Part shown: positions 1-8,749 of the stretch, piece after piece | Layout: each line of letters starts with the position of its first letter | How positions within the stretch are numbered: position 1 is the first letter of the stretch | Origin: Candidatus Latescibacterota bacterium | GTDB taxonomy: Bacteria; Latescibacterota; UBA2968; GCA-2709665 | Reading direction: 5' to 3' | Assembly (NCBI GenBank): GCA_965205485.1 | Contig: OZ242180.1 | Location: 4,768,001-4,832,000, forward strand | Length of the DNA: 64,000 nt | The notes under the pieces: model-generated | The model's database searches: none | Seen by the model: the letters and a program-made list of their open reading frames with translations, nothing else | Told to the model about the DNA's origin: nothing | Program-made: the position numbers and the translations under genes

Positions 1-2250
1 CCCGTCCCGCGCCGCCAGTTCCTCTCCCCGGATCAGGATCCAGTCCTCCGTCTGGGACACCCCGGCCGTCACCTGCGCGTTGATCCGCATCCCCAGCGGC
101 GACCGCCAGAGAAAGTCCTTAATGAAGGCCATCTCTTCGCCATTGAACGCGAACACCCAGGGACAGGACCCCTTCAGACGCTGCTGCGCCAGAATCGTCT
201 GATCGGCCGCCAGGTCGAACTCCGCCTGAACGGTTCCGTTCGGCCACTGCACCCGCACCACGTCCGCCAGGTCGTATTCGCCCAGACCGAAATGGACAAC
301 AGGCGCCCGGATCGTCCGGCGCTGCGCCAGAAGACCGGACCTCAGCAACACCTCCCCGCCCAGCGCGTATGAGTTGATCCTCCCGTCCCCCCGGACCGCC
401 CGCACACGCGGCCGCACGACCTGCCAGTGGTAGTTCCGGTCGCCCCGGTTCACGAGTAGCCGCGGCACCCCGTCGCGAGAAAGTCCCAGCAGGTCGAGGC
501 GACCGTCTCCGGTCATGTCCGAGACCTCGAAGACCCGAACGCCGTTCGGCAGGCCGTTGCGACGCCAGGAGTTCTCCGCATCGCCCAGCCAGTAAACGCA
601 TTCCGCCTCGCCGCTGGCGACCAGGTCCAGTTGCCCGTTATTGTCGAGATCGGCCAGAAACAGACGCGCCGGCGTCGAGAAAACCCGCGTGCCGACCAGC
701 TCACGGACTTTCCAGCGGCCATTGCCGCGCGAGATCGACGATATCCCGCCGCGTCTGTTCAGGATCAACAGGTCCAGGCTGCCGTCGCCGTCCACGTCCC
801 CGGACGCAAGCGCAACCGCCTCGTCCGGACCTTCGTACGAGCGCTCGAACGACCCGCTGCGCTCGTTGAGAAAGGCAACCAGCCGGCCCTGATCGTCCAG
901 GAGCGCCGCATCGGGAACGCCGTCGCCGTCGAGATCCGTCCATTCAAAGGCCCGAATGCCCGGCACGCCCTCGAAGGGCCGGACGACCGCAAACGTACCT
1001 TCGCCGTTGTTGCGCAACACCAGGCATGCTTCCGGACCTCCGAGTACCAGATCCAGGTCCCCGTCCATCTCGATGTCTGCGGGCCACGCGCCCAGATAGG
1101 CTGCCGCGGTCACGCCGGCGTCGAGCCCCGCACTGTCGGTCACATCCTGCAGCGTCCCGCTTTCGCCCCGGCTGTACAGACGAACGCCGCCGCCACCCGC
1201 AACAACCAGATCCATTTCAAAGTCGTTGTTCCAGTCCACCGAAAGCAGACCGCGCTTGCCGACGCCTCCGGATGCTGGCGCTGGCACGGTCCTTCCCGAT
1301 GCGTCCAGCCAGCGCACGGAACCATCCACAGCCATCAGCGCGACCGGCGTATCCGCCCAGGCGATGCCAAGCATCGTCCCGCCCGCGGAAACGTCAAGGT
1401 TCTCCGAAACAAACGTGAGCGACGTATCCGCCGGCGCGGGGTCCGCGGACGGACTCCGCATCTTCAGGAACCGCCGCAGCGGTTCTCCCGCCGCCTGCGC
1501 GGGCAGCCGCACACGACTCATGTCGCGGCGGAACACCGGCGTTCGCAGCAGCGCGTTGTGCAGGAATGCCGCGTGCCGCGCTGCCAGCCTGAAGTCCGTT
1601 TCCGCATTCTCAAGCGCCTGCAACTGTTCTCTCGCCGCTTCCGGCCATCCGACGGTCCGTTGGGCGATCCGCGAAACGGACACTCTCAGCCCTTCGGCAT
1701 CCTGTGCCTTTGCCGCCAGTCTGATCCGTTCGAGCAGGAGCGCCTGATTCTCCGGCGACTCACCGAGCAAACCCTCCACCGCGGCAACGGCACCCGCCGT
1801 ATCTCCTTTCCGTTCCAGCTCACGCGCCAGCGCGTAGCCCGCCTTGAGTTGCCCCGCGCTGGCCAGACTCAATGCACGCCGAAGGTGAAAAACCGCTTCA
1901 TCCGCATGGCCGCGCCGGCTCTCGAATGTCCCCATCATGAATGCGAGCTGCGCGTTCTCCGGCGCGAGTCCCTGTGCGCGCTCCATCGATCTAATCGCTT
2001 CCTCGTCCCTGCCCAGTGAGAACTGCAAAAGAGCCAGATTCGCCCACCCCGCGGGCTCCCCGGGGACGTTTTCGGTCATCCGGGTCAGCGCGGCGGCGGC
2101 GCGTTCGTGGGCCCCAACGTCAAGGGCCGCAACGCCGGCATAAAAATCGGCGACCGCCTGCCGGTATGCCTCGCTGCCTGGCTTTGGAAGGCCGGTTTCA
2201 CATCCGGCCGACAGAGCGAGAAGTACAAGCGCTATAGACGTTTTACTCAG
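1..2250 (-). CDS. TPR + FG-GAP/VCBS repeat + ASPIC/UnbV domain lipoprotein (3' end runs off the window)
   Basis: Not in the ORF track because there is no stop in the window. Manual translation of both ends in the same frame gives signal/lipobox SKTSIALVLLALSAG-C, TPR-like helices (AGWANLALLQFSLGRDEEA), DxDxDG repeats and the ASPIC/UnbV motif HFGLG...VRVQWPNG...KGSCP. The start appears to be CTG at 2248-2250. Confidence 0.85.
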   Translation of the reverse strand, partial: MSKTSIALVLLALSAGCETGLPKPGSEAYRQAVADFYAGVAALDVGAHERAAAALTRMTENVPGEPAGWANLALLQFSLGRDEEAIRSMERAQGLAPENAQLAFMMGTFESRRGHADEAVFHLRRALSLASAGQLKAGYALARELERKGDTAGAVAAVEGLLGESPENQALLLERIRLAAKAQDAEGLRVSVSRIAQRTVGWPEAAREQLQALENAETDFRLAARHAAFLHNALLRTPVFRRDMSRVRLPAQAAGEPLRRFLKMRSPSADPAPADTSLTFVSENLDVSAGGTMLGIAWADTPVALMAVDGSVRWLDASGRTVPAPASGGVGKRGLLSVDWNNDFEMDLVVAGGGGVRLYSRGESGTLQDVTDSAGLDAGVTAAAYLGAWPADIEMDGDLDLVLGGPEACLVLRNNGEGTFAVVRPFEGVPGIRAFEWTDLDGDGVPDAALLDDQGRLVAFLNERSGSFERSYEGPDEAVALASGDVDGDGSLDLLILNRRGGISSISRGNGRWKVRELVGTRVFSTPARLFLADLDNNGQLDLVASGEAECVYWLGDAENSWRRNGLPNGVRVFEVSDMTGDGRLDLLGLSRDGVPRLLVNRGDRNYHWQVVRPRVRAVRGDGRINSYALGGEVLLRSGLLAQRRTIRAPVVHFGLGEYDLADVVRVQWPNGTVQAEFDLAADQTILAQQRLKGSCPWVFAFNGEEMAFIKDFLWRSPLGMRINAQVTAGVSQTEDWILIRGEELAARDG

Positions 2251-2379
2251 GTTCCAATCCCCCCGGAACGAGAACGTACTTTCTACCTTAAATCAGAAAG
2301 GCGGAACCGTAGCAAGACGGCGCCGCTCCTGAAAACGCCAAAACAGACAATATGGAATTGAGACGAGCCGCGCCGCTAA

Positions 2380-2539
2380 CAGTCCGTTGATAAAGTCGCT
2401 CTGCAGGCGAGGCCGAGCCATTGTGGCCGAAGACAAGGCGTGCGACCGAGTCCCATCCTTCGATTCGGCGAGGGAGCACAACGCAGTATTTCGACCGCAA
2501 GGGCCGGCCGCAGCCCGGATGGACTTTTTCAACGGGCTG
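2380..2539. mobile_element. MITE (family A), IS5-like ends
   Basis: 18-bp terminal inverted repeats CAGTCCGTTGATAAAGTC / GACTTTTTCAACGGGCTG (16/18 match). CTAA direct repeat on both sides (2376-2379, 2540-2543). No credible coding capacity. Confidence 0.8.
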
Positions 2540-2998
2540 CTAAGGATCGGTAGTCCTGAAGGCACACCGATCCAGCGAAAGCGGCATATTGCGCACGAAC
2601 AACAATACCAGCGAACACGCGATCAGCAGCAGGTCCTGCACAAGCGCCGTATTGAGCGAGCCGCGAGTACCGTCCAACCCGAAGCAGCCGCAGTCGAGAT
2701 CCGCGCCCCGGTAGATGTTCACCGCAATGGCGATGCCGAACGAGGAGAGCAGCGCCAGGGCGGCAAGCGCGCCGCTCCGCGACCAGAAACCCGCCATCAG
2801 GCAAGCGCCCGCGGCGATTTCCATCCATGGCACGACAACGGCGAAGCCGTTAATGAACGCATTTGGAAGCACATTGTACGCGCGAACCGTCATTGCAAAA
2901 AGCGCCGGCTCCGAAATCTTGGCCAGACCCGCCCACATCAACACCCCGCCAAGCGCGAGCCGCAGGACGACCGGGATTCCGTACCGGACCTGATTCAT
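2540..2998 (-). CDS. MauE/DoxX family membrane protein
   Basis: RLALGGVLMWAGLAKI...PWMEI...RGADLDCGCFG motif and about 4 TM segments. The ATG at 2998 overlaps the upstream stop (ATGA). Confidence 0.85.
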   Translation of the reverse strand: MNQVRYGIPVVLRLALGGVLMWAGLAKISEPALFAMTVRAYNVLPNAFINGFAVVVPWMEIAAGACLMAGFWSRSGALAALALLSSFGIAIAVNIYRGADLDCGCFGLDGTRGSLNTALVQDLLLIACSLVLLFVRNMPLSLDRCAFRTTDP

Positions 2999-3495
2999 GG
3001 GTCGACCCCCTTCGCCACAGGATATCCCGCGCCTGCCCAAGCCCCCCACCCATCGAAGAACGCGTGTACGCGCGTAAATCCGAAGCCGTTCGCGAGCAGG
3101 TGCGCCAGCCTGACGCTGGCCTGGCACCGGGCGCCGCCGCAGTAGGTGATGATATGCGCGTCCCTGGGAACGCCTTCGAGCTTCTTCCTGCCCTTCTCGT
3201 TCAGTTCGTGCGGCGTCAGGTTGACCGCACCCGGTATATGCCCGGATGCGTAAGCGCGCGGCATGCGAGCGTCCAGGAATAACGCGGAACCGGAGTCGTA
3301 AGCCGCTTTGGCGTCGGCAAGACTTGCACGGATTCCCTCAAGGTACAGGCTCCAGTTCACGTGTTCGGCCTGCGACACGTTCCTGGGCGTCTGAAGCGGA
3401 ATGCCGGAGGCGGACAGGGCGTTGTAAGCAAGGCCCGCGCCAGAACCGGCCAGCAGAATAACGATCGCCTTCAATACAAGCCGGAATCGAACCAT
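2995..3495 (-). CDS. Membrane-anchored rhodanese-like domain protein
   Basis: N-terminal hydrophobic helix, FLDAR...YASGHIPGAVNL, active-site loop YCGGARC, and GWGAW. Confidence 0.9.
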   Translation of the reverse strand: MVRFRLVLKAIVILLAGSGAGLAYNALSASGIPLQTPRNVSQAEHVNWSLYLEGIRASLADAKAAYDSGSALFLDARMPRAYASGHIPGAVNLTPHELNEKGRKKLEGVPRDAHIITYCGGARCQASVRLAHLLANGFGFTRVHAFFDGWGAWAGAGYPVAKGVDP

Positions 3496-3512
3496 CAGAA
3501 CGGCCTCCCTTA

Positions 3513-3722
3513 GAAGCTGTCTTAAAATTCCCAGCGGTCTTCGCGCGGCTGCAAAAGCGGCGTTCGGCGTTGGTCAAACCCGCCCGTCACACGAGATCGA
3601 GGCTGCGCTTGCTCGCCTCTCATAGCCGGGTATTCCCGTCGGCGCTGCGCGCCCCTCGCGCCTCATAACCGCCGCTTTTTCGCTCGCGCTCGGGAACTCA
3701 CCGGTAATTTTAAGACAGCTTC
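3513..3722. mobile_element. MITE (family B, copy 1)
   Basis: Perfect 17-bp TIRs GAAGCTGTCTTAAAATT / AATTTTAAGACAGCTTC, TTA direct repeat on both sides, and a related copy at 23383-23544. Confidence 0.85.
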
Positions 3723-3743
3723 TTAGATGAATCGTACGGTCTA

Positions 3744-3772
3744 TATATAACGTACACCGGTACGGCTGTCAA
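3744..3772 (-). promoter_or_regulatory. sigma70-type promoter for the rhodanese-MauE genes
   Basis: TTGACA-17 nt-TATATA on the minus strand. The spacer contains the inverted repeat CGTAC-ACCG-GTACG. Confidence 0.55.
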
Positions 3773-3795
3773 GCCTCGACGGGTCACCATCCGCT

Positions 3796-3824
3796 TTGAC
3801 AATTCCCATCGCATATGCTATTAT
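3796..3824 (+). promoter_or_regulatory. sigma70-type promoter for the DegT-heparinase-hydantoinase run
   Basis: TTGACA-17 nt-TATTAT with an extended -10 TG motif. Confidence 0.65.
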
Positions 3825-3972
3825 GCAACGCGTCAAAGAGCGGCAATCGCCTTCGCGAAGTACCTGCACAGACGGCCTGTTTGCGGCGCCGAATGCCTTC
3901 CGGGTCAATCGGGAATGCATACAATGGAAACGCTGCGATTCACAGGGCAACCATTCCGGGAGAACACTGGAT

Positions 3973-5262
3973 ATGTCTAAATCGGACCTGGCGCTGGATG
4001 GCGGCCCCCGGGCCGTGACCGAACCTCAGAATGACGGCTGGAAAACGGTTACGAGCCTGGAGAAACAATCCGTAATGAACGTGCTGGAAGGCGGTCTGGG
4101 CGATTCATATTCCCAGATCGACGGTTTTCAGGAGGAGTTCCGCGCATTCACCGGCTCAAGGTTCGCCATCGCGACCTGCAACGGGACGGCGGCCATCCAC
4201 TCTGCGGTCTTCGCATCCGGCGCCCGCATCGGCAAGGAAGTGATCGTGCCCTCCGTCACGTGGCACGCCAGCATCACGCCGATTCTGCACTGCGGCGCAA
4301 CGCCGGTGTTCTGCGACGCGGACCCCGGCACCTTCTGCGCGGACCCGGGGGATGCCGAGCGCCGGATCACGGAGAATACGTGCGCGATCATCGTAACCCA
4401 CGTATACGGCAACCCCGCACATATGGACGCATTCCGCGAACTCGTCGAAGGAACAGACATCACACTGATCGAAGACGCTTCGCACGCCCACGGCGCCCTA
4501 TGGAACGGCGCACCGGTGGGCTCTCTCGGTCACGTCGGCTGCTTCAGCCTTCAGGGTAGCAAGCCGGTCACCGGGATCGAAGCCGGCGTGGTCGTGACCG
4601 ATGACGAAGACCTCTACGACAGAATGTTGGCTCTGGGCCACTATGGAAGATGTGAAAAGGCTTTTGTCACCGACAGATTCCGGGACCTTCGAAACATGGG
4701 CCTGGGCATCAAGTACAGGGCGAATCCCCTGGGCGTGGCCATGGCGCGCGCGCAGCTTGAACGGTTGCCCGGGCTGAACGAAAAGAGGCGCGCATGGTTC
4801 GGGCGGCTGAACAGTAAGCTGAAATCCGTCAAGGGTATACATCCCCAGGCGACCTACCCGCAGGCGGCGCGGGGCGGACTCCTTCTGTATACCGGCACCA
4901 TCGATGCCCGGAACATCGGCGCCCCGGTATCCGTCATCCTGAAAGCGCTCGTGGCGGAGGGCGTGGCAACCACGCCGGCGATTACGCCCTTCGGTTACGG
5001 CGTGATGCATCTGGAGCCGCTCTTCAACGATTTCCCGTTCGGCGACCTTGGCGGTCCCTGGGGCGACCTTCCTCCAGACACGAGAATCCCCTGCAGCCGG
5101 GGCGATCTGCCGGTCAGCGAACGCATCCATGATTCAAGTTTCTGGCTGTCCACGCCTGTCGACCCCAACCCCGCGTGGGTGGACCAGGTTGCCGCGGCCT
5201 TTTCAAAAGTGGCGAATCACGGCGAGCGCCTCGCGGAAATCGCGGCGGACGGTGATTCCTGA
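3973..5262 (+). CDS. DegT/DnrJ/EryC1/StrS family PLP-dependent aminotransferase
   Basis: LALDGG N-terminus, NGTAAIH, IEDASHAHGA, and FSLQGSK(PLP Lys)PVTGIEAG. Start placed at ATG 3973 after GGGAG; the track's longer start lies inside the promoter. Confidence 0.9.
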   Translation: MSKSDLALDGGPRAVTEPQNDGWKTVTSLEKQSVMNVLEGGLGDSYSQIDGFQEEFRAFTGSRFAIATCNGTAAIHSAVFASGARIGKEVIVPSVTWHASITPILHCGATPVFCDADPGTFCADPGDAERRITENTCAIIVTHVYGNPAHMDAFRELVEGTDITLIEDASHAHGALWNGAPVGSLGHVGCFSLQGSKPVTGIEAGVVVTDDEDLYDRMLALGHYGRCEKAFVTDRFRDLRNMGLGIKYRANPLGVAMARAQLERLPGLNEKRRAWFGRLNSKLKSVKGIHPQATYPQAARGGLLLYTGTIDARNIGAPVSVILKALVAEGVATTPAITPFGYGVMHLEPLFNDFPFGDLGGPWGDLPPDTRIPCSRGDLPVSERIHDSSFWLSTPVDPNPAWVDQVAAAFSKVANHGERLAEIAADGDS

Positions 5263-5328
5263 GTTGGGTGCGCACGTCCGACGGTCCGCGACGCCGTTTC
5301 TGAAAACTCGAATGGAGATCGACTGCCA

Positions 5329-8300
5329 GTGAGCCCTTCCTGGACGCCACCGGAAACCAAGGGGCACCGGGTTGTCGCGTTTCCGGACCGGCCCCACGTC
5401 TGGATCGGCACGCGTACCATCGAAGAGATTCGCAGCCGGTACGCGGCCGGAGACGAGGAGGTCCGATCGTGGGCTGACAGGTCACTTGCCCTGGCCGAAA
5501 AATGGTCCGGCAAGTCCGATGCCTGGTACCTGGATACCATCTGGCATCGCGAGCCTCGCGGCATCTATACCTGCGCCTGTCCCATCCACCCCTTCAGGGT
5601 ACGGTACTACAGCTATTTCGACTGGTCCCTGGATGACCCGTGGCGGCTTCACTGTCCTTATTGCAGGTCGGAACGCCGCGAATACGCGTACTATCCCAAC
5701 CCCCGGTACCCGGACGACGGGGACGGCTGCTTTCCCACCAACGATGTGTGGCGCGAGGACCACGACGAGGCCTGGAGCCTGGCGCACGACGGCATCCCCT
5801 GGGACCATTGGGACGGAGAAGCCCACGGCTACGTCGAACCCACCAACGCTTTTTATTTCAAAGCGCTCTGCTGGATGAATTCTCTGCGGGAGCTATCCGG
5901 CAACGTCCTCCATCGCCTGGGTAAAGCCTTCCACGCCGCAAGGCTGAGGTCGGACTCCGATACGGCGGAAAGACACGCGCGCAAAGGCCGTGTCCTGCTC
6001 GTTACGCTTTCCAGAGCCTTCCTGGGCGACGCCTATCTTGCAGCACTTCTGGAAACATCCGAATTGAATCTGCGGAAACGCCTGGCCGATTTCTACGAGC
6101 CTGGTACGCCAGCGAAATCCTATTCCGGGTATCGCCTTCACGCCCCGTTCGATCATATCGAGGGGGACCCTGAACGACCGTTGAACGCGCCGGGAGACCG
6201 CTACGGTACCAAGGGCGCCTCGATCTATCCCGGCGTGTGGAACTGGAAAGCCAGCCTCGCCCAGGATCTACTTGTCGGTTACAGCCTGATTGCCGGAACG
6301 TTCGAAGAGGCCGAGGCCGACCTGAAAGCCGCCGCACTGCGCATCGTCACGTCCGTCGAAGGCGATTCACCGAAACTGGGGGACCGCGGCCGAAAACTCA
6401 AACGCGGCATTCTGGAATACACCCTCCATCCTTATACGCTTGTCACAGGCGCCGACAACCTTTCCTCCTCTACCCAGATGCCCAGGCTGCAACTCGGCCG
6501 CATTGTGGGCGACGACCGGATCATCGAAAACGTGGCCAGAGACATACTCTACTTTCTTCATAACTTCTTTACCGGCGACGGTCTGGGCAAGGAGGGCTCG
6601 CCCTCCTACACCAGTTGGGGAATCTCAAGCGTGATGGAGGCCATTCACGGCCAGCGGGGCGCATTTGACAGGAATGCCCCCTATTACGACGGGATCCTCA
6701 ACGGGATCAACATGCTTTCCCTGCCCGTCTTCAAGCACGGACTCGGCCAGTTCCTCAAGACCGGCTTCCCCGATGGCCGCCCCATCGCCTGGGAAGACTG
6801 TGTAATCAGGGCCGCCATGCCCATGGAGCCACTCGCCCTGGCCGAGACCCACGGGGGCGGTATCCCGGATGCCTACCGCGAATACCTGAACATCGATCCG
6901 GAGGGCGATCCTGTCGTCTCGCTGAAACTCCCCATGCCCCTCCCATCCCACCTGCTGGGCCAGAACCGCAAGGCCATCCTGCGCAGCGGCCAGGGCGACC
7001 GTACCCGCACGCTCTCACTCGACTACACCGAGCGTGTCGGTCATTACCATATGGCGCCTCTAAACCTCACGCTCTTCGCCATTGGTCACGAACTGGCAAC
7101 CGACCTCGGTTACATGGGATCCACTCACTTTATGACGGTGGATTGGATCAAGACCTTTCCCGCCCACAACACCGTCGCCATCCGCACCCGGGACGGCGAT
7201 CCAATGGGCACGGACAACCTCCGGGGAGACCTTCGGTTTTTTGCAGATCTGCCCGGCTTCAAGGCGATCGATGCCGCCGAGGAGGACGCAGACGAGCTCG
7301 GCAAAGTGCCCGGGGCCTGCCGCTACCAGCGCACTGTCGCCCTCATTGACTGTGACCCCGAAAACAGCTACGTTGTTGACGTCTTCCGCGTGAGTGGCGG
7401 CCACAATCACGACTGGACGTTACACGGCAATGGGCATCGTTTTTTCACCGAAGGCGTTAACCTGACGGATCGGCCAGACCCGTCGGAATCTCTCTACGAT
7501 TTCAGCGGATTTACGTTCACACCTTCACGCCGGACACCACGTGTCGGCGCCAGGTGGGGCACTCAGCGAGTTACGCAGCTCAGCGCCGGCTACAGCAACG
7601 GACCGTGGACGGCAACCTGGGGCGACGTTTCCGAATACCCGAACCCTGACAGCTCTCCGGAGATCGACACGGAAGCATTCCTGAAACTTCACATGCTTGA
7701 CGCGCCCGGATCCGAGATCATCGCCGGCACCGGCCCCGCACAGCGCTGGCTTGACAACCGCGACCTGGGCGAGCAGATGAAGCTGGTCACCGTCCGCCGC
7801 CGGAACAGTAACCTCCCGAACACGTTTCTGGCCGTCCATGAACCCTACCGCAACAGCCCGTTCATCGAACGGGCCAGCCGCCTATCCTGTGAGAATCATG
7901 AAGCCGAAGGGTTTCAGGTGACGCACAGCCGGGGTACGGATCTGGTCCTTAGCAATCCCTCCGGCGCGCCTTGTGAAATCTCCAATGACGGCGGCGAATT
8001 GCACAGCGACGGCGAACTCGCCTACGCGTCATTCGATGCTCACGGCCTCCGCATGCTTGCGATCATCGGCGGCACTTTCGCCGAAGCCGGCGGTCGCCGG
8101 CTCCAACCCCTGCCCACCATTGAAGGGCTGCTTACCGGATTCGACGACGTCGAAAAAACCCTGACGATCCAACCGGAAGCCGAGATTGCGGACCCCAACG
8201 CACTCCCGGAAAAGACCATCACCATACGTCATCGCAAACGTGCCTCCGCATACACCATCCGATCCGCCGAAAGGAGTCCTGACGGGGCCTGTACTCTGCG

Positions 8301-8640
8301 CCTGGACGGTTATCCGCACCTGGCCGTGGGCTATCTGCTTGTGACCGCGGTCGAAAAAGACCGAGCCTGGGTCGAGCCGCCGCCGGTCATCCAGGGCAAG
8401 GAAGATAACCTGAATATCTACAAAGCAGGACGGGATCGACGCCTTGTTTTCATCCAACCCCTGAACGACCGGGTCTCGGAAGACATTCTGGATGAGCGGG
8501 GCACGCGCATCCGAACACGGTACGCCCTGCGCCTCGACGCAGCAGAACACCTGTCCGCCGGTGATGAAATTGCCTTTTCCGCCCTGCACCCGGGCGTGGA
8601 TCGATTCCGCATCTTCGGATCGGGCCACTGGCAGCGGTAG
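5329..8640 (+). CDS. Heparinase II/III-like domain protein (1103 aa)
   Basis: GHYH...L.LFAIG.ELATDLGY...AHNTV pattern typical of the heparinase II/III-like C-terminal domain, EGSPSY motif, and an N-terminal Cys/His cluster. No clear signal peptide. Confidence 0.7.
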   Translation: MSPSWTPPETKGHRVVAFPDRPHVWIGTRTIEEIRSRYAAGDEEVRSWADRSLALAEKWSGKSDAWYLDTIWHREPRGIYTCACPIHPFRVRYYSYFDWSLDDPWRLHCPYCRSERREYAYYPNPRYPDDGDGCFPTNDVWREDHDEAWSLAHDGIPWDHWDGEAHGYVEPTNAFYFKALCWMNSLRELSGNVLHRLGKAFHAARLRSDSDTAERHARKGRVLLVTLSRAFLGDAYLAALLETSELNLRKRLADFYEPGTPAKSYSGYRLHAPFDHIEGDPERPLNAPGDRYGTKGASIYPGVWNWKASLAQDLLVGYSLIAGTFEEAEADLKAAALRIVTSVEGDSPKLGDRGRKLKRGILEYTLHPYTLVTGADNLSSSTQMPRLQLGRIVGDDRIIENVARDILYFLHNFFTGDGLGKEGSPSYTSWGISSVMEAIHGQRGAFDRNAPYYDGILNGINMLSLPVFKHGLGQFLKTGFPDGRPIAWEDCVIRAAMPMEPLALAETHGGGIPDAYREYLNIDPEGDPVVSLKLPMPLPSHLLGQNRKAILRSGQGDRTRTLSLDYTERVGHYHMAPLNLTLFAIGHELATDLGYMGSTHFMTVDWIKTFPAHNTVAIRTRDGDPMGTDNLRGDLRFFADLPGFKAIDAAEEDADELGKVPGACRYQRTVALIDCDPENSYVVDVFRVSGGHNHDWTLHGNGHRFFTEGVNLTDRPDPSESLYDFSGFTFTPSRRTPRVGARWGTQRVTQLSAGYSNGPWTATWGDVSEYPNPDSSPEIDTEAFLKLHMLDAPGSEIIAGTGPAQRWLDNRDLGEQMKLVTVRRRNSNLPNTFLAVHEPYRNSPFIERASRLSCENHEAEGFQVTHSRGTDLVLSNPSGAPCEISNDGGELHSDGELAYASFDAHGLRMLAIIGGTFAEAGGRRLQPLPTIEGLLTGFDDVEKTLTIQPEAEIADPNALPEKTITIRHRKRASAYTIRSAERSPDGACTLRLDGYPHLAVGYLLVTAVEKDRAWVEPPPVIQGKEDNLNIYKAGRDRRLVFIQPLNDRVSEDILDERGTRIRTRYALRLDAAEHLSAGDEIAFSALHPGVDRFRIFGSGHWQR

Positions 8641-8749
8641 CTTTCCGCCCCTGAAGGATGAAAGGGAGCCGTCGCATCAAAAAGGGATAACACATCTCGA
8701 TAAATACCCCTTGTTTCACGCCCCGGAATACGCGTCACGGAGAAAAGAT

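Noticed and set aside
631..2019. 462-aa + strand ORF, and similar long ORFs such as 24404..26578, 41542..43260, 43318..45531, 53947..56190, 57748..59787 and 60546..62255
   Set aside because: These are antisense shadows of well-supported genes on the opposite strand, Arg/Pro-rich with no motifs, as expected in high-GC DNA.
2540..2998. MauE ('methylamine utilisation') name suggesting a link to the methylamine cluster
   Set aside because: MauE/DoxX is a broad family commonly paired with rhodanese, and no mauA, mauB, mauD or mauG is present.
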